14,428 nucleotides of DNA from Ignavibacteria bacterium (GTDB lineage Bacteria; Elusimicrobiota; Endomicrobiia; PHAN01), in NCBI GenBank assembly GCA_041694835.1, contig JBGFRZ010000074.1, forward strand, positions 1 to 14,428, given 5' to 3'. The notes beneath the pieces are model-generated. The model saw only the letters and a program-made list of their open reading frames with translations, was not told where the DNA came from and searched no databases. The position numbers and the translations under genes are program-made. Shown here piece after piece: positions 7,430-14,428 of the stretch (positions are counted from its first letter, which is position 1; every line of letters starts with the position of its first letter).

Positions 7430-10400
7430 AAAGTTCCTCGTCGCATCGCTCCTGATTTGTGCGGCGTTTGTTTTTTTCTTTTTTTTTTCGGTTAGAGCCG
7501 ACTTTCTTAAAAATCACATAAGAAAAAACGCTGAAAAATCCGGCTTCAAAGTTTCTATAGAAGCCGCTTACTGGCGACTGCCGTTTAAGATACATCTTAA
7601 AAAGGTCTCTCTGGAAAGCGAAGAATTTACATTTTCTTCCGATGATACCACACTTTCAATCTCTCCATTAAAATATCTCCTTAAAAAACCGTTCCTGGGG
7701 GTTTTTCTAAAATTTCCGTCGATAATGATAAAAAACATTCCCGAAGTTGCGCCCGGCCGCGCCGCGGTCCTGCCGATAAGCGGAGTGAGTGTTGAAGGGG
7801 GAACTATCAGCCATGGCGCCGTCTTTTTCGAAAACATAAACGGCAATGTCGGTTTCGATAATGACAGAGTCAACGGATTTGTTAAGGCGACGGTGAAAAA
7901 ATCGAAGATATTTTTAAGAGCAAGAACTGTCGACAAAGATATTCTCGTCGATACGATAATAGACAATGTAGATTTATCGGATTACACCGGACTGAATCTG
8001 CCCTACGTAGGCAAGATAATCGTTAAAAATCGGATTTCGAAAGGCGTTTTGTCGGCAAAAATAAAAGGAAACATCTCGGATTTCGTTTTTACCGGCGAAG
8101 GTAGCTACGAGAAAAAGAAGGATTACTCGTTAAAGATTGACTGGAAAAAACAATCCGGAGGGAGTTTTTCAGAGGGGAGTTTCGATTTGTCGGGGCAGAA
8201 CGGGGGCTTTGATTTCGACGCAACATCGGGTGAGTCTTATTTGTCGGGCTCTGGAGAAGTCATAGGCGGCGAAATACGTCTGAGTGTCTCCACTTCAACC
8301 ATAAAAATTCCGGAGATAAAGAGTTCTTTTTATCTGCGCCTTAATGCTGCGTTCGGCACGGATAAAAAAAGACTCTCGGCCGATATTACAAGTGAGACGG
8401 ATTATGATAAGAAATATAGGGCGACCTCAAACATTCTATTGGCGGACGGGACTCTGTTTTTTTCAGGCAAGATCGCTCCAAAAGATACGACTTTCGATAT
8501 AAGGATAAAAAATTTCCGCGAAATAAGCGGCGAAATCTCGGGGAGCAAAAAATCCAGAATAACTCTCATGGGTAACTTATCGCCTGTAAGGATATTCGTG
8601 AAAGCTTCCGGGTGGGAAATTTCGGAAACCCCGTTTTTCGCATCCCCATCCATGGGAAAGATTTTTTCTGACGGAGAGTTTTCCATGAGCGCAGGCGAAT
8701 GGCTTTTCAAGTCGCAGACGTCGCTTAAAAACATACGGTGGGATGGCAGAAAATTCGACGATGTGTCCGCCAGATTATTGGTCAGCAGAACTTTGATTTC
8801 CGTAAGCGATATCGACTATTCATACGGAAAAATCACGGGCAGCTATAAAAATGTCTACGGAGCAAGGAAGGAAATTTCATTTAGGGCATCCGGCGCTCCC
8901 ATTGAACCACTATCGCTTTTTATCGGACGCCCTATCTCGGGGACGTTGAAAGGAGAGTTCGCTCTGACATCTGAAAATGGCGTCTCCGCTGGCAAGATGG
9001 ATATAGACGCGAAAAAAATAACTGTGAAAAACGCTGACATAGGAGACATAAAGGCTTTTGTAAAATTCGAAGGTAACACCGCTTCTTTTGAAAGAATTCT
9101 TATCAAAAATGACTTCGGCCGAATTGCGGGCGGGGTGGCCTCAATAGATAAAAGAGTGGGGGGAATGTTGAACTTTGTTTCTTATTCTTTCGACGGCAAA
9201 ACACCGCTCTCGGGCAGATTGCATTTATCGGGCGAATTCGGGAATTTCAATGATTTTTCGATTAAATTGAACTCCGAAAATTTTACTTTTGGAAAATTAT
9301 TTCGGAACGTCCCTTTGAGCTTCGCGTTTAAGTCGGAAAAGGAGAGCGTGAAAATATCAGGTTTTCGCTTTGGCGAAGTCAGAGATGCGCATCTCAGGGT
9401 CGAAAAGACTCCGTCGCGCAGGATTTCCGGCGCGATAAATGTGGACAACTTTGATTTGGGCAGGATATCCACTGATTTATCCGGTAGTTTGAACTCGGAC
9501 ATCAATCTCTATGGCGACATGGAAAATCCCATGATTTCTGCACTTTACGAAGTCAAAAATCTGTGCTGGCGAAAAAGTTCAAGCGGGAGTCTCAAGGGGA
9601 AGGCAAGAATAGAAAAAGGTGTTGTCAGAATATACGAAACTTCGGGTGATTTTGAAGGAACAAACGTTAAAGTAAGTGGAACTGTAAGCGACAAAATCGA
9701 TATAAGAGCCGAGGTCTTATCCGTCGATGTTTCAAAGATAATACTCTCCAGAGCCATTAAATCCGGCTCGCTTAAATCGGAGATATCGCTGACCGGCAAG
9801 GTCTCTTCTCCTTATTTAATCGCCAAAGGCGAGCTCGGAGGATTGGATATTTCGGGAATGCGGTTTGAAAAAGTCGTTTTTGAGGGAGCATACTCTGACG
9901 GTGCAGCTGAGCTTAAAAAAGCGTCTGTTATATTCAATGGCAATGAACTCGCCATAGAAGAAAAAAGCCGAATCGATTTCGTCAAAAGAATCTTTGATAT
10001 CAATTTTTTGTCGAGAAATTTTAAAGTCGGGTTCTTAAGCGTTTTGGGTAGGGCGAAGATTAAAGGAAGCTACCGCCTTGCCCCCGCTGGTTTTGAGGGA
10101 CGGATCGAACTTTCCGATTTTTGGATAGGCGAGAAGAAGTTTGCGCGGGAGGTCTTGTATTTTTCGGCGGATGATAAAAATCTGACGATGGACATCGCCG
10201 AAAATAAGGAAAAATTTGTTTTTTCCGTCGATTACTCGACCGCCGAAAAAGTTTTCAAGTTGGATTATTCGCAAAGAGATGGCGGAACGCTTTCGGCGAG
10301 CGGCTCTTATAGAGCACCCGAGATTAGGCTTGATATAAAAGCGGTGTCTTTGAAAACCGGCGCCTTGTCCTCCATGCTTGATATGCCGTTTGAGTTAAAC

Positions 10401-12071
10401 GGTTTGGGCGATATAAAAGGCTCGCTTACAGGAGTTCTATCGAACCCTTACGGAGATTTGAGTTTGACAATTAAAAACGGCTCTCTCGGCGGAGTAGCGT
10501 ATGACGAAATATCCTGTGATATCTCACTCAGGGAGAGCATCGTTACGGTCGAGAGGTTTTCTATTTCAAAAGCCGGTAAATACAGGGTTTACGCAAACGG
10601 CTATGTGCCGGTTTTGCTTGATCCGGGCACCGCCCCAAAAATAGCCGCTCTTCCGAACAACCTTACGGCAACGCTCGAGGGGGGAGAGCTCGGCTTTCTG
10701 GCGGGAATTTCCGTATTCAAAAACGCCGAAGGGCCCGTGGCTGGCAAACTCGAGCTTAAAGGCACTCACTCATCCCCAAAACTTGCTGGTTTTTTAAGGA
10801 TAGAAAATGCGAATTTCGGCCTGACAACTTATCTCGCCAAGGTAGAGAACTTCAATCTATCCGCCAGATTGAAAGACAACGTTCTTACGCTCGAAAATTT
10901 TTCGGGTCGCTCCGGCGCCGGCCGCTTTATGTTGAAAGGGAGAGCCCTTATGGAGAACTTCTTACCTGCTGCAATGGATTTTTCGTTTGAAAGCACGACA
11001 GCGAGCGGCGTCGACATATTTGTCCCGGAACTTCCCATGCCAGTCCCATTTTCGAGGGAAACAGGGGTAAAATTCGCAACGTCAGCTTCTTACGGGAAGC
11101 CGAGGTTCAAGCTCTCTTTTTTGGGTGACGCTCGAAAAAAATTGCTTCTGGCCGGATGGATTGAACTTGATAATACATATTTTTCCTACCCACCCCCCCA
11201 TATGACTGCCGTTGAGGACCCTTTAAGGGAGTTCTTGAAAAACGTCGAGTTGGATCTCATGCTTAAAACCGGAGAAAACACATGGTATGAAAACGAACTG
11301 GCATCGGTCAACATAGATGGTTCTCTGAATGTTAAAGGAAACTGGTACGCTCCGTCAGTCTCTGGCGCGGTTGAGACGAAAAGGGGATATATATCTTATA
11401 TTGGCACCGAGTTTAAGGTAAAGATGGCTCGCCTTGAGGTTGTTGGCGATGAGCCGCATTTGGAAGGCTTGGCCGAAAAAAATATCCCCTCCGAAAAGGG
11501 TTACGACACAATTCAGCTCATTATCGACAAATCTCCCGTAGGGAAAATACAGCCGAGATTTGTTTCGGCCGACAACCCGACTCTCTCTTCGGAAAAGGTC
11601 TTGGCGAGGGTAATCGGCATAGATCTTGAAAGGACATCGCCCGTCGAGAGGGAGCTGATGCTAAGACAGGGACTGATAAGGCTTATCGACTCTTCGCTAG
11701 CGACTCCTCTCGCCAGGAACCTCTTGAGAAAAAGTGGGATAGTCGATTTGATGAAAGTAAGTTATGAGCCGCCGCCGATTTCGGAATCTCCAAGGGCGGA
11801 ACATCCTGCGACAATACCAGAGTTGTTAAAAGGCACGAAATACTCTTTTGAGAAGTATGTGACCGACACCATGCTGCTGGGCTACAGCGTTACTCTCGAC
11901 GAGTATCTCAGTAAACTGGATTTGAAGCATGAACTTGAAATCGCCTACAGACTAAGAGGCTCTGTATTTGTGCGCGGACTTTACGAGATAGACACTCAAT
12001 CTCTTATCAGGCCGCCCGAAAGAAGGATAACTGTTGAAAAACATTGGCGTTTTGGTTGGCCGAAAAAATAG
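7422..12071 (+). CDS. TamB/AsmA-like translocation and assembly module protein (1549 aa)
   Basis: N-terminal hydrophobic anchor, long Gly-rich amphipathic beta-strand repeats (e.g. 'LTGKVSSP', 'LKGTHSSPKLAG', 'GSLNVKGNWYAPSVSGAV') and C-terminal beta strands ending '..EKHWRFGW', as in DUF490/TamB. Confidence 0.85.
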   Translation: MSKKFLVASLLICAAFVFFFFFSVRADFLKNHIRKNAEKSGFKVSIEAAYWRLPFKIHLKKVSLESEEFTFSSDDTTLSISPLKYLLKKPFLGVFLKFPSIMIKNIPEVAPGRAAVLPISGVSVEGGTISHGAVFFENINGNVGFDNDRVNGFVKATVKKSKIFLRARTVDKDILVDTIIDNVDLSDYTGLNLPYVGKIIVKNRISKGVLSAKIKGNISDFVFTGEGSYEKKKDYSLKIDWKKQSGGSFSEGSFDLSGQNGGFDFDATSGESYLSGSGEVIGGEIRLSVSTSTIKIPEIKSSFYLRLNAAFGTDKKRLSADITSETDYDKKYRATSNILLADGTLFFSGKIAPKDTTFDIRIKNFREISGEISGSKKSRITLMGNLSPVRIFVKASGWEISETPFFASPSMGKIFSDGEFSMSAGEWLFKSQTSLKNIRWDGRKFDDVSARLLVSRTLISVSDIDYSYGKITGSYKNVYGARKEISFRASGAPIEPLSLFIGRPISGTLKGEFALTSENGVSAGKMDIDAKKITVKNADIGDIKAFVKFEGNTASFERILIKNDFGRIAGGVASIDKRVGGMLNFVSYSFDGKTPLSGRLHLSGEFGNFNDFSIKLNSENFTFGKLFRNVPLSFAFKSEKESVKISGFRFGEVRDAHLRVEKTPSRRISGAINVDNFDLGRISTDLSGSLNSDINLYGDMENPMISALYEVKNLCWRKSSSGSLKGKARIEKGVVRIYETSGDFEGTNVKVSGTVSDKIDIRAEVLSVDVSKIILSRAIKSGSLKSEISLTGKVSSPYLIAKGELGGLDISGMRFEKVVFEGAYSDGAAELKKASVIFNGNELAIEEKSRIDFVKRIFDINFLSRNFKVGFLSVLGRAKIKGSYRLAPAGFEGRIELSDFWIGEKKFAREVLYFSADDKNLTMDIAENKEKFVFSVDYSTAEKVFKLDYSQRDGGTLSASGSYRAPEIRLDIKAVSLKTGALSSMLDMPFELNGLGDIKGSLTGVLSNPYGDLSLTIKNGSLGGVAYDEISCDISLRESIVTVERFSISKAGKYRVYANGYVPVLLDPGTAPKIAALPNNLTATLEGGELGFLAGISVFKNAEGPVAGKLELKGTHSSPKLAGFLRIENANFGLTTYLAKVENFNLSARLKDNVLTLENFSGRSGAGRFMLKGRALMENFLPAAMDFSFESTTASGVDIFVPELPMPVPFSRETGVKFATSASYGKPRFKLSFLGDARKKLLLAGWIELDNTYFSYPPPHMTAVEDPLREFLKNVELDLMLKTGENTWYENELASVNIDGSLNVKGNWYAPSVSGAVETKRGYISYIGTEFKVKMARLEVVGDEPHLEGLAEKNIPSEKGYDTIQLIIDKSPVGKIQPRFVSADNPTLSSEKVLARVIGIDLERTSPVERELMLRQGLIRLIDSSLATPLARNLLRKSGIVDLMKVSYEPPPISESPRAEHPATIPELLKGTKYSFEKYVTDTMLLGYSVTLDEYLSKLDLKHELEIAYRLRGSVFVRGLYEIDTQSLIRPPERRITVEKHWRFGWPKK

Positions 12072-12316
12072 CAGGAATGAGAAGTTAAAAATACAGCAAA
12101 GTCGATAAATCTCGCCGTGCTCTTGATGTTGTGACGGATGTTAGAATTTTGAAGATGTGCGTTTAACTATACTGGAAGACAACTATGGCTTACTGAAAAA
12201 TGCTAAAAATTCAAGCAACTACGACGGAAATTAAACAACTGAAACTATAAAAACAACGCTCAAAGTGCACGATTTTTTGCTATTCTTATGTAAAAACCTT
12301 GCCACGAAGTAGAAAT

Positions 12317-12770
12317 AGGACGCGGACCTTCGCAGATGAGTTTATAGTTGTTTTAATCTGCGTTTATCAAAGTTGTTTCTGCGTTCATCTGCGTTCAATT
12401 ATTTTTTAGGACGCAGATTTACAGGATTATCGCAGATTAAAAACTTTACCGCGAAATCACGAAAATTAGAAATCACAAAATTCTTTACAAGTATTTTCGT
12501 GTTTTCGCGCTTTCGTGGTTCAAATCTTTTTTCATCTGCGTCTATCTGCGTTCAACTATTTTTCAGGACGCAGATTTTCGCAGATTCAATGGATTTCAAA
12601 AACATCTGCGTCAATCTTCTTGTCAAATCTGCGTTCATCTGCGTTCAATTATTTTTTAGGACGTGGATTTTCGCAGATGAGTTTATAGTTGCTTTAATCT
12701 GCGTTTATCAAAGTTGTTTCCGCTTTCATCTGCGTTCAATTATTTTTTAGGATGCGGACTTTCGCAGATT
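12317..12770. repeat. Array of 4 complete plus 1 partial palindromic units built from 10-mer arms
   Basis: Units start with AGGAYGYRGA at 12317, 12408, 12565, 12658 and 12749 (lengths 91, 157, 93, 91) and end in ATCTGCGTTCAAYTATTTTTY. Units 1 and 4 differ at 6 of 91 positions. Confidence 0.92.
12448..12519. repeat. Nested inverted-repeat element with 8-mer-period arms (CRCGAAA / TTTCGYG)
   Basis: Left arm ACCGCGAAATCACGAAAA; right arm TTTTCGTGTTTTCGCGCTTTCGTGGT (12494-12519). Its 72 bp roughly account for the extra length of array unit 2. Confidence 0.8.
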
Positions 12771-12783
12771 TGGTAGATATTAA

Positions 12784-12985
12784 GGGTCTTCTCCATTTTT
12801 TGTTGTGCGTACAAAAACAAAGTGTTTGAGCGGGTTTAATCAAGTGTAAACGCTTGATTGCCCCAGTCCCGATTTATCGGGACGAGAATGAGCGAAAATA
12901 CATAGTCAGACAATTAACCCCACACACATCATAGCGGTATTGCAAAATCTCTACCCACTGTTACAACAACATTTGGAGAAGAGCC
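12784..12985. mobile_element. MITE-like element with ISL3-like termini (202 bp)
   Basis: Left end GGGTCTTCTCCATTTTTTGTTGT vs reverse complement of right end GGCTCTTCTCCAAATGTTGTTGT: 19/23 match. Internal hairpins at 12838-12859 and 12866-12883. No ORF and no clean target duplication. Confidence 0.6.
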
Positions 12986-13008
12986 GAAATTTTTAAGTCG
13001 CATAAATT

Positions 13009-13036
13009 TTGATTTCTTACGGCATTTTTATATAAT
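13009..13036 (+). promoter_or_regulatory. Candidate sigma70-type promoter upstream of the MITE/HNH gene
   Basis: TTGATT (13009-13014), 16-nt spacer, TATAAT (13031-13036). Confidence 0.45.
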
Positions 13037-13212
13037 GAGCTCGTTGAAAAACCTTAATCTTTTGAACGATTTGGCAGTTTCAGGTTAAAAGTTGAAATCG
13101 TTTAGACCGCAATGTCTGACGAGCAAAGCGAGGAGTTTTGCGGTCTGATTGAAACTTTTAACCGTTAAGAAACTGCCCTTTAAGTGAAAAAGATGGGTTT
13201 TTCAACACTCTC
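13037..13212. mobile_element. 176-bp palindromic MITE with 5-bp target-site duplication
   Basis: Termini GAGCTCGTTGAAAAACC / GGTTTTTCAACACTCTC, flanked by ATAAT at 13032-13036 and 13213-13217. Nested perfect stems: GGCAGTTTC/GAAACTGCC (13073-81/13169-77), GGTTAAAAGTT/AACTTTTAACC (13083-93/13153-63), AGACCGCAA/TTGCGGTCT (13104-12/13138-46). Confidence 0.8.
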
Positions 13213-13225
13213 ATAATTTCAAAGT

Positions 13226-13825
13226 ATGTCAGAAGTGCTTGTTTTAAACAAAAATTTCTACGCTATACAAATAACCTCATGGAGGCGCGCCATCGGACTT
13301 CTCTACATAGAACATGCCGATGTCGTTGATCAGGAATACCGCACTTACAACTTCTCCGACTGGTGCGAGATGTCGAGATACGTTAAAGAACATCCGTCGG
13401 GCTTCATAAGAACACCGACGTTCAGGTTTGTTTTTCCCGAAGTGATTGCCCTGAAATTTTATGACAAACTTCCCGCTGCGGAGGTAAAGTTTACAAGAAA
13501 AAACATCTATGAACACTATCGACACAGGTGCTGCTATTGTGGCAAAAAACTCCCCACTTCCGAGCTAAATCTCGACCATGTAGTACCCAGAAGCCGTGGC
13601 GGGAAAACTACATGGGACAACATAATTACTTCATGTGTTAAATGCAACATAAAAAAAGGCAACAAGCTTCCATCCGAAGCGGGTATGAAGCTGTTAATAG
13701 TCCCCTCCCGGCCAAGATGGTCGGGAGCTTTTTCTCTCGCTTTGAGAGCGAATATAAGGATGAAATCATCATGGCAGAAGTTTATAGACAGCGTCTACTG
13801 GAATATAGAACTTGACAGCGAATAG
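13226..13825 (+). CDS. HNH endonuclease (McrA-like, zinc-binding), 199 aa
   Basis: 'CCYCG...LNLDHVVPRSRGGKTTWDNIITSCVKCNIKKGNK' is a CxxC-DH-N-CxxCN HNH motif. The N-terminal 'VLVLN...SWRRAI.LL' and 'PEVIAL' are typical of a widespread standalone HNH family. Confidence 0.93.
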   Translation: MSEVLVLNKNFYAIQITSWRRAIGLLYIEHADVVDQEYRTYNFSDWCEMSRYVKEHPSGFIRTPTFRFVFPEVIALKFYDKLPAAEVKFTRKNIYEHYRHRCCYCGKKLPTSELNLDHVVPRSRGGKTTWDNIITSCVKCNIKKGNKLPSEAGMKLLIVPSRPRWSGAFSLALRANIRMKSSWQKFIDSVYWNIELDSE

Positions 13826-13886
13826 TAAAAAGTGCATAATGAATGACGAATAACGAATAACTTGTGCACTTGTGCTCTTGTGCACT
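13814..13886 (-). repeat. Second copy of the composite 8-mer/7-mer repeat, in inverted orientation
   Basis: The minus strand reads AG TGCACAAG AGCACAAG TGCACAAG TTATTCG TTATTCG TCATTCA TTATGCA CTTTTTA CTATTCG CTGTC. Confidence 0.8.
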
Positions 13887-13898
13887 AAGGAGAAAAAT

Positions 13899-14428
13899 AT
13901 GACTGAAACAAAAATTCTGCTCAACGAATCACAGCTTCCCAAAGAGTGGTACAACATACAGGCAGATTTACCGGAGCCTTTGCCTCCGGTTCTTCATCCC
14001 GCCACGAAAAAACCGGTCGGCCCAGCCGATTTGTCCCCGCTTTTTCCGATGGCTTTGATCGAGCAGGAGGTAACAAGGGAAAGATGGATAAAAATCCCCG
14101 ACGAAATTACGGATTACTATAAGCTCTGGCGTCCCGCACCGCTCTACAGGGCTTTCAAACTCGAAAAATTTCTGGACACACCCGCAAGGATATATTACAA
14201 ATATGAAGGAGTTAGTCCGTCGGGGAGTCACAAGCTCAACACCGCGCTGGTTCAGGCGTATTACAACAAGAAAGAAGGTGTCAGTCGCATCTCTACGGAA
14301 ACCGGTGCGGGGCAGTGGGGGACGGCATTGAGCATAGCGTGCAAATTTTTTGGTTTAAAGTGCACGGTTTACATGGTGAAGGTTTCTTTCAATCAAAAGC
14401 CATACAGAAAGATAATGATGCAGACATA
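13899..14428 (+). CDS. trpB2: TrpB-like PLP enzyme (tryptophan synthase beta chain type 2), 3'-truncated by the window edge
   Basis: Not in the ORF track; translated by hand as [25 protein letters not shown]...[19 protein letters not shown]...[18 protein letters not shown] at 13887-13892. Confidence 0.93.
   Translation, partial: MTETKILLNESQLPKEWYNIQADLPEPLPPVLHPATKKPVGPADLSPLFPMALIEQEVTRERWIKIPDEITDYYKLWRPAPLYRAFKLEKFLDTPARIYYKYEGVSPSGSHKLNTALVQAYYNKKEGVSRISTETGAGQWGTALSIACKFFGLKCTVYMVKVSFNQKPYRKIMMQT

Noticed and set aside
12200-12250. Short ORF MLKIQATTTEIKQLKL, vaguely like a transposase N-terminus
   Set aside because: Only 16 codons, with no further supporting similarity or element ends.
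12373-12750. 125-aa ORF
   Set aside because: It lies wholly within the repeat array, its 'SAFICVQLFFRT' repeats are just the translated DNA repeat, and it has a TTG start with no RBS.
12317-12770. CRISPR array
   Set aside because: The repeats are ~50 bp and degenerate. The 'spacers' contain the repeat motif ATCTGCGT, one is duplicated and one is much longer. There are no cas genes in the window.
13116-13135. Hammerhead ribozyme core (CTGACGA-GC-AAA-GC-GAGG) in the MITE loop
   Set aside because: CUGANGA is present, but the required GAAA is GAGG, stem II would be only 2 bp, and I found no compatible stems I/III with a cleavage triplet.
794-14231. All minus-strand ORFs in the track
   Set aside because: They are short, lie mostly antisense to well-supported + strand genes, and contain no recognisable motifs.

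Overview
This is a bacterial chromosomal window from a diderm organism (it encodes TamB); an Elusimicrobiota/PVC-like lineage is only an inference from gene content. All credible genes are on the + strand. In order: an AT-rich restriction-modification pair (beta-class SPPY methyltransferase plus a nuclease with an NgoFVII-like C-terminal domain); a tightly packed ilvE-mcsA-mcsB-clpC-hypothetical-tamB cluster with no ctsR; a ~1.15 kb non-coding stretch full of repeats; an HNH endonuclease; and the 5' part of a TrpB2 gene cut by the window edge. The unusual content is intergenic. (1) An array of ~91-bp units built from inverted 10-mer arms (ATCTGCGTTC / GGACGCAGAT) with a conserved linker, one unit carrying a nested 8-mer inverted element. 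(2) Two MITE-like elements; one has a 5-bp target duplication inside the TATAAT box upstream of the HNH gene and shares its terminus with a sequence upstream of the R-M genes. (3) A composite 8-mer/7-mer tandem repeat present twice in mirror orientation, each copy supplying the stop codon of the upstream gene. All calls come from reading the sequence and recalling family motifs; no searches were run.
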